Virus record (IMG/VR): IMGVR_UViG_3300037067_010363
Coordinates: 4,609-68,608 of that record
DNA: 64,000 bases
Reading direction: 5' to 3' (one strand)
Source: a virus
Lineage: Duplodnaviria; Caudoviricetes
A program made the position numbers and the translations under genes. How positions within the stretch are numbered: the first letter of the stretch is position 1; each line of letters opens with the position of its first letter. The notes beneath the pieces were generated by a model. It ran no database searches, was not told the DNA's origin, and saw nothing but the letters and a program-made list of their open reading frames with translations. Shown here in pieces: positions 49,986-61,170 of this stretch.

Positions 49986-51407
49986 CTATGAATTCCAAGA
50001 TTCAATTGCTTCTTCTAAAAGTGCATTTTCTGTAGTTGCAACATCTTCTGTATAATCTGATGCATAAAACAAATCAGCTCTTACTGAAGATTTAGGTACA
50101 TAAAGCTCTATCTTCTGTTTGTAATTATCATAATGACTTGCTCCATGAATAGCTCCAATTGCTGTAGGAGAAGATGTTAAAGTGTATTTAACATATTCAG
50201 CTCCTTTTGTTGTTGCAACAGGTTGTCTTACAGCCGAAGATAAATCTCCCATATGATTAGATACTGCAAATACTCTCTGTACATCATCAGCATTTAATAT
50301 TGAGAAAGAACCAGTTGCTGTTCCTGCAAATGTTAAATAAGCCTTAGTTGTATAAGGAGCATCATTAGTTGAATTACATGAAGGAAATGTTATTGCCATA
50401 TTTGTTACAGTTCCAGAAATACCAGCTATAAGTATAGTCGTTCCCCATGCTAACGCATTTACTCCTGTATAGCCATCTATAGCAGTTATAACTGTTGCTA
50501 TATTAGTACCTGAAGTACAAACATTATCTGTGCCATTAACTGTAATAACTGCATTTACAGCTGCTGCAAAAGAATCAGTAGAAGTCATCTCAAATAAATA
50601 ATATCCGGTTTCTGTAGCCCAATCTGTATCGAATTGTACATCATATAGAATATCATCATATTTGCTATCAAGAAGTATTTCTCTTCGTACAATAGTCGTA
50701 TCTGTTCCTACTGCAATACTAAAATTATATCCATTATCAACAGAAGTAATAAGATATGTAGCAGTACCTATATGGTATGCTTTTAAAATAGTATTAACAT
50801 TTGCATCAGCATTAAATTGTATTCCTAATTGTCCTTCAGAATATGAAGAATCAGTTGTAAATGCATATGTGGTACCATCCGATTTAGTTACTGTAAATCC
50901 ACTTGCATTTCCTGTTCCATCATCAGTAATTATATATGCTCGTCTTGCATTAACAATTGCACCACTAGGAATTGAAGAACCAAATTGTGTATTATTAGTA
51001 TCATTAGTAATCATATCAATAATTTGCTTTTCTTGAATTACTGCTTTAGCATCTTGATATAATCCTGCTGTTTCTGTCAATCCACTTATTTTACTTCCAT
51101 AAAATTTACCTACTGGTCTTTGTTCACTATTATCAACATAACCAGGAGTTCTTCTTCTAGGAACAATTTTAATTCCATAATCTTCAGATGCTTCATTGTA
51201 ATTTTTTGATAAAGCAATTCCAACTACTTTTTTTACTGCATTTTTGGTTTCTAATTTAGTCCATGTTGCAGTACTTCCTCCTAAAATCTCAATACCTTCA
51301 GATTTTAGAATAAATTTTTTAACACTATCATTATCAGTATACACACCTATATTAGCTGGTCCTGGATTAGCGATAAAAAATTTCTTAATAGGATAACTTA
51401 AATTCAT
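49986..51407 (-). CDS. Putative auxiliary capsid/decoration protein (473 aa)
   Basis: T/G/A/S-rich, beta-rich; two genes downstream of the MCP-adjacent gene and followed by a hairpin. Confidence 0.5.
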   Translation of the reverse strand: MNLSYPIKKFFIANPGPANIGVYTDNDSVKKFILKSEGIEILGGSTATWTKLETKNAVKKVVGIALSKNYNEASEDYGIKIVPRRRTPGYVDNSEQRPVGKFYGSKISGLTETAGLYQDAKAVIQEKQIIDMITNDTNNTQFGSSIPSGAIVNARRAYIITDDGTGNASGFTVTKSDGTTYAFTTDSSYSEGQLGIQFNADANVNTILKAYHIGTATYLITSVDNGYNFSIAVGTDTTIVRREILLDSKYDDILYDVQFDTDWATETGYYLFEMTSTDSFAAAVNAVITVNGTDNVCTSGTNIATVITAIDGYTGVNALAWGTTILIAGISGTVTNMAITFPSCNSTNDAPYTTKAYLTFAGTATGSFSILNADDVQRVFAVSNHMGDLSSAVRQPVATTKGAEYVKYTLTSSPTAIGAIHGASHYDNYKQKIELYVPKSSVRADLFYASDYTEDVATTENALLEEAIESWNS

Positions 51408-51414
51408 GATTTTT

Positions 51415-52173
51415 TTATTTTATTTGTTTACGTATTAATTCTTCTTGTATAAATGATTGCCATCTTGGATCTTTTACTCTTTCTAAATATACTCTTACTG
51501 CTATATCTATTATTTCTTTTTGTATTTCATGATTAAATTCACAAGGAGTTCCTTCCTCCCCAGGCACAAATACAATATCATTTGGTCTTCTTAAATATTC
51601 TATACGCATTGAATACCCAATACTATTTGTTCCTGTTATCAATCTAATTTGTCCATTCAATATTTCATAATATAATCTAGCATCTGTTGGTTTTCTAAAA
51701 GGATTATCCATTATAACATTCCTTAAATCTGACCTCATTATTTTAGCATCTAACCAATCAGATATTCCTGTTAATTCACATTCATTCTCACTTCCATATT
51801 CTATTTTAAATGCTACATTTAGTAGTCTATAATAAGGAGGATATGTTTGTGAATCTTCTGTACCATCTGGTTGTCTATTTACTATATCATATGTATATTT
51901 AGGAATTAAAAATAAATAAGAAGTTGTTGGAGCAATAGGATATATAACATCTCCATTATAAGAAAATTCTCCATCAGTAACTACTCGAATTCTTTCTAAA
52001 TCTTCTATTTGTTTCTGATTTAATTCAATAGTTAAACAATTCTGTTTCAACCATTCATCTTGTCCCCAATCATTAATGATACGGTTAAATTGAGATGGTG
52101 TAACTATAGATGTAGAATTTTTCTTTATCCCATCTAAAAACGCTCTATATATATCCTCTGCTGTTTCTAACAT
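51415..52173 (-). CDS. Tail ring / head-tail adaptor protein
   Basis: TPSQFNRII...QDEW...DL; NPFRKPT...Y.IEYLRRP...CEF...IQKEIIDIAV pattern. Confidence 0.7.
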   Translation of the reverse strand: MLETAEDIYRAFLDGIKKNSTSIVTPSQFNRIINDWGQDEWLKQNCLTIELNQKQIEDLERIRVVTDGEFSYNGDVIYPIAPTTSYLFLIPKYTYDIVNRQPDGTEDSQTYPPYYRLLNVAFKIEYGSENECELTGISDWLDAKIMRSDLRNVIMDNPFRKPTDARLYYEILNGQIRLITGTNSIGYSMRIEYLRRPNDIVFVPGEEGTPCEFNHEIQKEIIDIAVRVYLERVKDPRWQSFIQEELIRKQIK

Positions 52174-53213
52174 TACAATTTTCTTCTTCTATCTATTTTT
52201 TTCGTTAAATTATCAATAGATTCTTTCATCTCCTTTAATGTCTTATCATTAGGTTTATAAACAAGTGCTTGTTCGTAAAGTGCCAATGCTGTATCATAAT
52301 TGGATTTTACTATTTCTATTGCTATCTTTCCTAAGATGTCGCGAAAATAGTTCTCGTCTTTTTCTTCTTTATCTTCAATTAATTCTTCTTCCGGTTCACG
52401 TTCATTTATGTGTTTTGACCATCTAATTCTATATTTTTCTCCTTCGCTAGTTTGTGCAAATTTGATTATAGATTGTATATCATCACCTAAATATTGATTA
52501 CCATCAAAAAATCCTTTTCCCTTCTTTTCAATAAGTCCTAAATCTATTGCTTTCAATATCATTAATTCTTTTTCTACTGAAGGATTAAAACATTCTAATA
52601 CTTTTTCCGGATATTTTTCTGATAATGTTAATAATTGATCCTGTATATAATTATCTGAAGAATTTTTTAAATCAATTTTAGATTCAGCTATTTCATAATT
52701 TAAAAGCAATGCTAAATCTCTGTATTTTTTAATACTTAAATTTTGCATAATCTTTGAATGTGCTTTATAAATTAATTTCTTTTTGCTAACTCTATTATTG
52801 ACTTCTTCCTCTATGTCGTTAATATAGAAGTAATGAGTACCTGGCACAACAGCATCTTTATTAGATGCAACTACATATTGTAATTTATAATAATCTAATA
52901 AAGCTTTGCTCTTTGGATCTTCATAGTTACCTAATTCATCCTGTGTAAGATTTAATTTCTGCATATGAGTAATAAAAACTCTTTGTTCTGGATTAATTAC
53001 AACTGGAAATTTCTTCCTCTGAGCATCTGTTAACTTCTCTTTACCTAACATTTGATCTACTGTCAAATTATCTTTTGTATTCTTATCATATATGTCAATA
53101 TGTTGTCCTGTCATATATGTATTAAGAACACTATTATAATTTGCTATTGAAGGATATGCTTCCTTCTTATACCTCTTATCTACTGATACTATTTGAACTA
53201 TTTTCTTTTTCAT
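52173..53213 (-). CDS. Conserved crAss-like protein downstream of the MCP
   Basis: Synteny with MCP; C-terminal TPR-like helix (ALALYEQALVYKPND). Confidence 0.55.
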   Translation of the reverse strand: MKKKIVQIVSVDKRYKKEAYPSIANYNSVLNTYMTGQHIDIYDKNTKDNLTVDQMLGKEKLTDAQRKKFPVVINPEQRVFITHMQKLNLTQDELGNYEDPKSKALLDYYKLQYVVASNKDAVVPGTHYFYINDIEEEVNNRVSKKKLIYKAHSKIMQNLSIKKYRDLALLLNYEIAESKIDLKNSSDNYIQDQLLTLSEKYPEKVLECFNPSVEKELMILKAIDLGLIEKKGKGFFDGNQYLGDDIQSIIKFAQTSEGEKYRIRWSKHINEREPEEELIEDKEEKDENYFRDILGKIAIEIVKSNYDTALALYEQALVYKPNDKTLKEMKESIDNLTKKIDRRRKL

Positions 53214-53218
53214 TTTTA

Positions 53219-54655
53219 TTAACTATTATAATCTCTAAATATTCTTGTAATTTTTGTTCTACAAATTACTCCTGTTTGGAATAAGAAATGTACTGATGTT
53301 CCATCAACTGATGTTGCCATTCCTTCACCTCCCTTATTAATACCATTAATAGAACCCATTGTAGGCTTTCTTAACTGTACTAATTCAATTTGTCTGTCAC
53401 CTCCATTTGTTACACCTAGAGGAACAAGAAATCCTTCATGTGATGCTAATGAAGTACCATCAGATAATCTTTTGGTAGGAACATCTACAGAATCATAATA
53501 AGCATATCTTTTAGGAATAACTCTTACACCATCAAATTCATAATAAGAATAAGTATCATTTATTCCTTTATCTGCTCCATCGCCTACTATGTTTTGATTC
53601 ATAGTAATTCCATATTCACGCATTACTGATGAAAATCCAGATGTTACTTCTTTACCTCCGATTAGAGCTACTTCTGTAAGACCATCTTCTCCAATTCTTA
53701 AATCAATATCTTTCATTAATTCTTGTAAGAATTTCTTATTCCATTTTACATAAGGAAAATCATATGCTCCATCTCCTTGATTTAAAATACCGGAACCTGC
53801 AATAACTTCTCGTCCAAGTTTGTCATGCAATAATACTTTTCCATCTTCTGTAACAGTACCTTGACCAAAGATATTATCATGTTCTGCATATTTTGCAGCA
53901 CGCATCATCATTTGTTCTTCTGCTTCTGTTAAGAAACCTTTATTGCCTTTATGAATATACCATTTCTTATTTTCTTTCATGGCTTCTGCTGTTCCACTAT
54001 AAGAATATTTGACTCTTTGTAATGTTAAATATGAATGTCCCCATGTAGGAAATGTGTATTTTTCATTTGCAGTTTCAGAAAAATCATGTTCATAAGCTGT
54101 AGATATAGGCATACATTCACTCTGTGATGCTAACAAGTCAGTATTAACATAATTGTCATAAGAATTTGTTTTTAACTTAACTTCATATCTCCACACTCCT
54201 TCTGCTACTTCTACAGGTAAATTTGGATCGTAAACATATAATTGTGTCCTATTATCATTCAATTGAATAACTTCTTTAGGACCAATCCAATTACTATCTG
54301 TATAAATATAAAATGCTGATTGGTTTTTCCCTGGTTGTGTTGGATATATATTACTATCAAAAGTAACTCCATCGACATTTTCTACTATATGAACTTTCCT
54401 TAAATCAGATGCTGGAATAGCATACATGATATGATTAGAACCTACAACTCTAATTTTATTAGTAAATGTAGCTTCTGTTAGATTTCGTGTTTTTAAGCCT
54501 TTCAAATTAAGCAATGAGCTTAATGGTGATTCCATTTCCTTTATTGAATACAATGTAGGAAGAATATCTGGATCATTAATTGCATGAGTAATAAAATGAT
54601 AACTACTTATTGACTCATTTGAAATTTGTGGTGCATAACCTGGTAATAGTCTCAT
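53219..54655 (-). CDS. Major capsid protein
   Basis: 478 aa; STAYEHDFSE...TLQRVKYSYSG...G.GILNQ...GYEFDGVRV.PK pattern of crAss-type MCP; canonical position after portal and scaffold. Confidence 0.85.
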   Translation of the reverse strand: MRLLPGYAPQISNESISSYHFITHAINDPDILPTLYSIKEMESPLSSLLNLKGLKTRNLTEATFTNKIRVVGSNHIMYAIPASDLRKVHIVENVDGVTFDSNIYPTQPGKNQSAFYIYTDSNWIGPKEVIQLNDNRTQLYVYDPNLPVEVAEGVWRYEVKLKTNSYDNYVNTDLLASQSECMPISTAYEHDFSETANEKYTFPTWGHSYLTLQRVKYSYSGTAEAMKENKKWYIHKGNKGFLTEAEEQMMMRAAKYAEHDNIFGQGTVTEDGKVLLHDKLGREVIAGSGILNQGDGAYDFPYVKWNKKFLQELMKDIDLRIGEDGLTEVALIGGKEVTSGFSSVMREYGITMNQNIVGDGADKGINDTYSYYEFDGVRVIPKRYAYYDSVDVPTKRLSDGTSLASHEGFLVPLGVTNGGDRQIELVQLRKPTMGSINGINKGGEGMATSVDGTSVHFLFQTGVICRTKITRIFRDYNS

Positions 54656-54678
54656 GGTTTTTTATTTTTTAATTATTT

Positions 54679-55848
54679 TTATATAAATGCTCCTTTCCCT
54701 GGTAAAACGGGATTTCCTAATTGTATATTAGAATTTTGTTGTATATTTGGTTTAATTCCAAGTTTATCTAATATATCTTCTTTTATCTTGATGCCAATAT
54801 TTGAAAAATGTTTAGACATCTCTCCTGAATCTATTTTATGAGCAAGATACAACATCTTATATAATCTAGTTTCGTCGCTTTGCAAATAATCAGATAAATA
54901 AGTATTGCCTGTCTTGTCATTATATTGTGTTAATTTATCAAAGATAGCATTAAATTCCTGTTTGTCAGATTCACTGAATGGAATTTCCCCTATCTTATCT
55001 AAACTACTTACCATTTTAGATATTTTATTTACTTTTGTTTTTCTATCGTTTTCCCAATTATCAAATTGTTGTTTGATTTTTTGTTGTTTTTCTTGTTCTT
55101 GTTTAGTAATATTTTCTTGTTTTGTTTTTACGTAATTACCTTTAAGTTGTTCTACTTCTTTTTCAAGTTGTATCTTATTAAGTTTTGAAATATAATCTTC
55201 TAAATCATCTTTGGAATATTTCGATGTACCATCTTCATTTTTAATATTAGAATAATAATTAACTAGAAAATCCTTACCTTCTAATTTAAGAATATTGTCT
55301 TGTGTCTTTTTACTATCAATGAATTTTTCAAAGTTAAATCCTTCTTTAGTTTTTTGTTCTTTATATTCTTTAATAAAGTCATCATCACTATTAGTATCAT
55401 CTTCATTGACTTTAGTGTACTTATAGATAGTTTGTAATAATAGATCAAATTTTTCATCTGCTGTTAATGGATTTCCTTCTTTGTTTTTTCCTGTCTTTAT
55501 TTCTTCGGGATAATCCCATTCATTATTATCTGATTGTATCTTTGATTTAAATACATTCCAATAATTATCTACTTGATATTGTTGACTATTTAAATCGTTA
55601 TTATCTATAATTTTATTTTCATTATTTTCTACTAAATTATCAGGATCTATTAATGCTTGTTCTTCTGGTGAAACATAATCTCCCGATAATGACTTACCTA
55701 ATATAGATGCTATTTTTTCAGGTTCTACTGTTACAACTTGTTCAGCAGGAGGACTAATTTCAATATTTCCTCCACCATTAACATTTTCATCTACATAAAA
55801 AATATAATTTCCTAATAATAATTTTTTTAATACTTTTACTCTTTTCAT
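54679..55848 (-). CDS. Scaffold/cargo-like acidic protein
   Basis: Acidic, helical; lies between portal and MCP. Confidence 0.6.
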   Translation of the reverse strand: MKRVKVLKKLLLGNYIFYVDENVNGGGNIEISPPAEQVVTVEPEKIASILGKSLSGDYVSPEEQALIDPDNLVENNENKIIDNNDLNSQQYQVDNYWNVFKSKIQSDNNEWDYPEEIKTGKNKEGNPLTADEKFDLLLQTIYKYTKVNEDDTNSDDDFIKEYKEQKTKEGFNFEKFIDSKKTQDNILKLEGKDFLVNYYSNIKNEDGTSKYSKDDLEDYISKLNKIQLEKEVEQLKGNYVKTKQENITKQEQEKQQKIKQQFDNWENDRKTKVNKISKMVSSLDKIGEIPFSESDKQEFNAIFDKLTQYNDKTGNTYLSDYLQSDETRLYKMLYLAHKIDSGEMSKHFSNIGIKIKEDILDKLGIKPNIQQNSNIQLGNPVLPGKGAFI

Positions 55849-55868
55849 CTTTTTACTATTTTATTAAA

Positions 55869-55876
55869 CAAATTTA
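55869..55876 (-). promoter_or_regulatory. Candidate Bacteroidota -7 promoter box (TAnnTTTG)
   Basis: TAAATTTG on the - strand in the portal-scaffold gap, about 20 nt upstream of the scaffold ATG. A short motif in AT-rich DNA, so weak evidence. Confidence 0.3.
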
Positions 55877-55882
55877 TAACAT

Positions 55883-58486
55883 TTATTTTATGTATTCCTT
55901 CTTTTTACCCATATTTTTTTTCAGAGACTCAATTTTGCTGTTTTCTGTTAATTTTCTAATTTGCATTTCAATCATTTTTAATCTTTCATTTACCATGTTT
56001 GAACGCTGTGTTTCCATTAAATATGCTGATTCAATATCTCTTTCAGTTTCTATATCTGCCATTTCAACTTTATTTTCAGAATCTATTTTTTCTTTTTGAA
56101 GTTTTAATTTTGCTTCTTCAAGTTTTAGTTTATATTGTTCTGTTTCTTTTTTTAGTTGTAATTCCATTTGTTTTATCTGCATTTCTGATTGCTTTAATTG
56201 AGCATCTATCTGAGCCTGTAATTGCATTATTTCTTTCTTATTATTCATATCTGTTTCTGCTTGATTAGAATAATTCTGTTGAGCAAATTTTATAGCTTCA
56301 TCACTAAAAAATTCAAATTTCTTTTCTAAGTCTTTTAATGTTTCAGTATTATATAATTTCAATATATCTCTAAATGGCAATGATCCTCGTGTATATTCTT
56401 GTATAGCAAATTGTTTTAATTCTTTTAATTGTTTCTCTTGTATTGATGTATTATATACATTAATACCTATATCTAAATTATTTAAAACATTTGCTGGTAT
56501 TTCGAATTGTTCTGTTCTATAGTCATCTGTTTTATAATCAAATATTCCTCCATTTTTATAAATATATTTTGCTGATAAATTCATTAATACCTCAAATGCT
56601 CTTCTTTCACATTCATCATGTTCATTAAATATAATTTCTGTAATTAAATTATTTTGGGTTATAGCCATTTGATATGTTGCTACTTGATCATTTGATGTTA
56701 CTTGTCCTTGTCTTTGCGGACCAACACCTATCATTGAACCTAATGTGTAATCTAAATTAACTAACATATTATCAAGATATTGTATAGATGAAGAAACAGA
56801 ATCATCATAACTACCAAATTGATTAAATGATGCTACTCTACCTGATTTCTTTACTGTTTCTATCCATGCTGTACCTAATTTTTTATAATACATCCATTCT
56901 GCTTTAGACATTCCTTCAGGTTTTTGAGACATATCCATTATTGTACCTTTAACACCTGATGTAGCTAACAATAATTCTCTATGATAATTTATAAGATTAT
57001 AAAGCTTTTGAATATCTTTTGTGTCCCATATCAAAGAATAAGGTCTATCTGTAATTGAATTATATGTTCTTCCTATTATAGGTAATACAGAATATGAATA
57101 ATTCTCATTAGAATATAATCTAATTGGTTTTTTTTGAGCAGTAATAACTAAGTCATTACCGAGTATCACTACTTCATATATTTCATCTATATATCGTGTT
57201 TCAAGTTCTTCACCTTTTGCAGACGATATAACATTCTTCTTATCATATTCTTGTGCTGTTTCTTTATGTATATATTTCTTTTTCTTATTATCCCAATATA
57301 ACTGTCCTGTATTAACTATTTTTTCATCATTGTCTAAAAAATGAATAAAATATTTTCCTGGTGAATATTGATTAGGAACTTTTTTTATCTTTATTTCTTT
57401 TGGTGATCTAAACCATATTAATGTTTCTTCTATTCCTTCTTCTGTATTTATATTTCCAGAATATATTTGATTGTTTAAAACATCATTTGTATATTGTAAA
57501 GAAAGAAAATCTGTATTCCTGTTTCCTATTATTAATTCATTCTTTAATTTTTCTTTTTGTTCTTTTGTTAATCTATATTTATCTACTGCTTGTGATATAG
57601 ATATTCCTTTTTTCCATTTAACCCACATACCATCTTGAATCCATTCAACACCATCTGTTAAAGGATATTCTATATTAATTGTATTTACACATTCATATCG
57701 TGGTTTTTTTTCTCCAGGTAATAAATCAACATAAAATGCTTCTTTCCCTGTAACTATTTTAGATGTAAATGCTTTTGTAGATTCTCTTTTAATATCCAAA
57801 TTATTACGTAACTTATATGCTAATTTTTGTATAACATCTTCTACTAAATCTTTAGATTCATAATTATAAAAATTAGTAATTCTTTTTAATTCTTTATTAG
57901 ATATTAATAATTCTTTTGATATTGCACTTTCGGCATTTTTTAATTGTTCATCAATTATTGGAAATTGCATCTTTATCATTTGTATTTGATATGCTTCTTC
58001 TTCTGTTTTCGGTTGCATTTGCAATTGCTGAATAAGTTGTTCTCTCTGTTGTGATATTCCTTGTAATGCTATATTATATTGAGATATTTGACTTTCTGTT
58101 TGGTCAATAAATTCTCTAAATATATTTTTAAGTTTTCTTACAGTCTTTTCTGCTTTCCCTTCTGTATCAGATATAAAAGAAGAAAATTGAAACACTCTCT
58201 GATGTTGTTCTGATATAAGTACATTCAATTTAGTTCTTTGTATTGGAATATGTCTTACTTTAGCAGGAAGATAAAAATCACTTTGTTCATTTGTTCCTGA
58301 AGGTATTCTATTTAAATATTCAAATTCCTTTTCATTAAATATATTATGAAACATCATCCAACATTCTACATCTTGCTTCATTGTATTAGTATCAGAACTA
58401 GACATTTTATGTATCTCTAATCCTTTTCTTTTAATCCATTCTTTATCCTTTTTATTATCAGGAATTAAATCATTTGCTATTTCCAT
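55883..58486 (-). CDS. Portal protein
   Basis: 867 aa; follows TerL; KVRHIPI, GKEAFYV, GVKGTIMD, IGVGPQRQG, HDECERR and C-terminal coiled coil typical of crAss portals. Confidence 0.85.
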   Translation of the reverse strand: MEIANDLIPDNKKDKEWIKRKGLEIHKMSSSDTNTMKQDVECWMMFHNIFNEKEFEYLNRIPSGTNEQSDFYLPAKVRHIPIQRTKLNVLISEQHQRVFQFSSFISDTEGKAEKTVRKLKNIFREFIDQTESQISQYNIALQGISQQREQLIQQLQMQPKTEEEAYQIQMIKMQFPIIDEQLKNAESAISKELLISNKELKRITNFYNYESKDLVEDVIQKLAYKLRNNLDIKRESTKAFTSKIVTGKEAFYVDLLPGEKKPRYECVNTINIEYPLTDGVEWIQDGMWVKWKKGISISQAVDKYRLTKEQKEKLKNELIIGNRNTDFLSLQYTNDVLNNQIYSGNINTEEGIEETLIWFRSPKEIKIKKVPNQYSPGKYFIHFLDNDEKIVNTGQLYWDNKKKKYIHKETAQEYDKKNVISSAKGEELETRYIDEIYEVVILGNDLVITAQKKPIRLYSNENYSYSVLPIIGRTYNSITDRPYSLIWDTKDIQKLYNLINYHRELLLATSGVKGTIMDMSQKPEGMSKAEWMYYKKLGTAWIETVKKSGRVASFNQFGSYDDSVSSSIQYLDNMLVNLDYTLGSMIGVGPQRQGQVTSNDQVATYQMAITQNNLITEIIFNEHDECERRAFEVLMNLSAKYIYKNGGIFDYKTDDYRTEQFEIPANVLNNLDIGINVYNTSIQEKQLKELKQFAIQEYTRGSLPFRDILKLYNTETLKDLEKKFEFFSDEAIKFAQQNYSNQAETDMNNKKEIMQLQAQIDAQLKQSEMQIKQMELQLKKETEQYKLKLEEAKLKLQKEKIDSENKVEMADIETERDIESAYLMETQRSNMVNERLKMIEMQIRKLTENSKIESLKKNMGKKKEYIK

Positions 58487-60586
58487 TTAATTAAATTTAA
58501 TATTTCCGTTTTTATCTTTTGTATAACGTAAAGGTTTTTCATTTACATCTTCTGAACTACTAATAACTGTAAATGCTTTTTCATCTTCTTCACAAACTGT
58601 ACATAAAGATGTCGCAATAGTTATATCACAATTATATTTCTTTCCCGATGGATCATATTTGAATCTACCCCATGCTTCTAATAACTCTATAAAATCACAT
58701 TTTTCAATATTTTCTTTTGTTTTTAAAAATGATTTTTGCATAACCAACCAATCAGACTTTGTTGATGGATCAATACCATATTTATTTGTTGTCTTTGACA
58801 TTTGTACCATATTAGCAGTAACAAATTCAGGTCTCATTTTTAATAATGAAGTAAATCCATTTTTAGTGTACCAATCAAATATTAATTTGTTTGACCATTC
58901 TATAAGATTTATTGCTCCATAAAATATACATAACATCGCAGTATGTTCATAAAATAACTCTCTACCTCCTTCTGCTGTTGTAGGTCTTTCTAATATTCCT
59001 GCAACATATATATTATATGTTTCATTTGCATTAATAAATCCTTTTTTTATCCAACATGCTCCTTTAGAAGTAGAATATCCTGCTTCATCTTGGTCATAAC
59101 TATCTGTACCACCTCTATAAAGATTTATATATTGTTTATTTTCTTTGTCTAGTTTTGGGAATTCTCCTATCATAAAACACCCTTCTGGATCGGGTTCCAT
59201 TACTACACCATTAAGTGGATTTTTAGCATCTTTCCAATAACCCCTATATCTCTTTACTATTTGTGAATCTTTATGATTTAATATATAAGCTTTTCTTTCA
59301 TTGCACCATTGTGTAATTTCAGCTCCAAAATATCCTCCTTGTTTAGTTGAAAATATTTCTGATAGCCTAATAGGTTTCATTACAATATTCTTATATCTTT
59401 CATCAGGGTCTTTTATATTTCTTGCTTTTTCAATTTTTAATATTGATTCTTTATTAAGTGAATTTCCTTCTTTATCAATTATTTCAAATCTATATGCCGG
59501 AACAAATCTTGCTATCATTGTAGTACCGTCAGTATCTTCATATCTATTCTCGAATTCTAATAAATTATATTCTTTTGGATGATATGCCATTTTTTCCATA
59601 TCTGCAACACCATCTTCCATATCTCCACCTGTTCCTATATATGTTGAATAACCAACTTTATTACCCATTGATTCTAATGACGGATCAACAGTAGCTTTAA
59701 CTTCTCTTAATAATCCTTTTGTCCATATACCTATTTCTTCATAATGTATTCGACTAGGTGAAAGACCGGATATTGCCTGAGAATTATTTTTACATGTACG
59801 TGAATAAATTTCTGAACCTGTATTTTTTGTTCTTCTATAATCTTCTGATTCACCTCCTTTTGCAAATTCTTTGAAAAATTGTGTATTTCTTAATGCCTCT
59901 ATGCCTCTAATAACCATTCTCATAGTATTAATATTGTATTTATCTTCTCCTGCAATAATTACAGATTGAGAATCATTATAAAATAAAAATTCATATGCTG
60001 TTGCACATGCTTCTTCTTCACTATATCCTGCTTGTCGTCTTTTAGCAAAAAGTAAATCTTTTTTCTCTTTAATCATTCTATCTCTAATCCACCAATTTTC
60101 CCACGATAAATCTGTAAATAAAGGATTAGCTACAATTTTTCTTATACCTTTATCATCATTTCTTTTAATCTTCCAAAAATTCAAATAAAAATAATGTCTT
60201 CCGGTAATATAGACTCTGCCATCTCTAATCCATAAATCGCAATCTTTAATATATACATCTTTATCTTTAACAATTATATTACCTCCATAAATGCAATAGT
60301 CATTACCATTTTCAAAATTATATCTGATTTGAGAATCTATGTAATTATCCCCTCCTTCAGTAAATGCATTATCTATATAATATCCATTTAAACATCTTTC
60401 TCTTTGTTTCAACCACCAATCTGTATCTATTGCATAATCTCCATCTTTCAGAAATTCTTTTGTAATAGATTTATAATCCAAATTAAAATAATCATGTTTA
60501 TCTGGTAAATCACCTTCATATATTACTGGTGAAAATTTTTTAGTATTTATAAATCTATAACTACTCATTTGCTTCTCTGGAATCAA
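58487..60586 (-). CDS. terL: Terminase large subunit
   Basis: ITGRHYFYLNF, AKRRQAGYS (Walker A variant), HYEEIG (Walker B), IGTGG, nuclease motifs GTDSYDQD and YNCDIT. Confidence 0.92.
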   Translation of the reverse strand: MIPEKQMSSYRFINTKKFSPVIYEGDLPDKHDYFNLDYKSITKEFLKDGDYAIDTDWWLKQRERCLNGYYIDNAFTEGGDNYIDSQIRYNFENGNDYCIYGGNIIVKDKDVYIKDCDLWIRDGRVYITGRHYFYLNFWKIKRNDDKGIRKIVANPLFTDLSWENWWIRDRMIKEKKDLLFAKRRQAGYSEEEACATAYEFLFYNDSQSVIIAGEDKYNINTMRMVIRGIEALRNTQFFKEFAKGGESEDYRRTKNTGSEIYSRTCKNNSQAISGLSPSRIHYEEIGIWTKGLLREVKATVDPSLESMGNKVGYSTYIGTGGDMEDGVADMEKMAYHPKEYNLLEFENRYEDTDGTTMIARFVPAYRFEIIDKEGNSLNKESILKIEKARNIKDPDERYKNIVMKPIRLSEIFSTKQGGYFGAEITQWCNERKAYILNHKDSQIVKRYRGYWKDAKNPLNGVVMEPDPEGCFMIGEFPKLDKENKQYINLYRGGTDSYDQDEAGYSTSKGACWIKKGFINANETYNIYVAGILERPTTAEGGRELFYEHTAMLCIFYGAINLIEWSNKLIFDWYTKNGFTSLLKMRPEFVTANMVQMSKTTNKYGIDPSTKSDWLVMQKSFLKTKENIEKCDFIELLEAWGRFKYDPSGKKYNCDITIATSLCTVCEEDEKAFTVISSSEDVNEKPLRYTKDKNGNIKFN

Positions 60587-61169
60587 AAGTTCTTATTGTA
60601 TTATTCTTAATTGTCTGTTCTTCTTTTTTCATTTTAATTTTTAACGAATCAACAAAGTCTAATAAGTCAGCAGACCTTTTTAATGCTTTAAATTTTTCGT
60701 CTGTATTATCTACTTCAACATAATCATCTAATTCATAAAGCATAGTTTCTGTTGAATCTTTATATTTAGGAATAGGAACATTAAATTTTACTTTTACTCT
60801 TTTCTTAAATCCTATAGTTGAAAGATATTCTATTAAATCTTCTATATCTTTCATTACTGCTAAATATAATCTTTCTGTTTGTGTAGTTTGTAATTCTAAA
60901 TATAATTTAATGAAATTTTTTACTAAAACATTTTCTTCAATTTCTTTCCAATCACAATTTGCTTTTTTTGCCGCCAATTCTTTCCTCCTAGTAGGTAACT
61001 GATGTTTATATTCTCCATCTTTTTTATATGCCCAATATATATATGTTATACATTTTTTAAAATACGGTTTTGTTGAATTTTGTCTATCTGTATTATATAG
61101 TTCTTTAACTTCATCAAAACACATTCCTTCATCTGTTATCTTTACTTCTTCTTTATCTAAATGCAACAT
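60561..61169 (-). CDS. Putative terminase small subunit
   Basis: Directly upstream of and overlapping TerL; helical 202-aa protein. Confidence 0.5.
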   Translation of the reverse strand: MLHLDKEEVKITDEGMCFDEVKELYNTDRQNSTKPYFKKCITYIYWAYKKDGEYKHQLPTRRKELAAKKANCDWKEIEENVLVKNFIKLYLELQTTQTERLYLAVMKDIEDLIEYLSTIGFKKRVKVKFNVPIPKYKDSTETMLYELDDYVEVDNTDEKFKALKRSADLLDFVDSLKIKMKKEEQTIKNNTIRTFDSREANE

Positions 61170-61170
61170 A

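Noticed and set aside
16448-59582. Numerous + strand ORFs of 60-145 aa opposite the late genes
   Set aside because: Antisense shadows of long - strand genes, with F/L/S/I-biased composition and no motifs.
58487-60586. Intein in TerL
   Set aside because: No C/S...HN-C/S/T splice junctions or LAGLIDADG block; length is ordinary.
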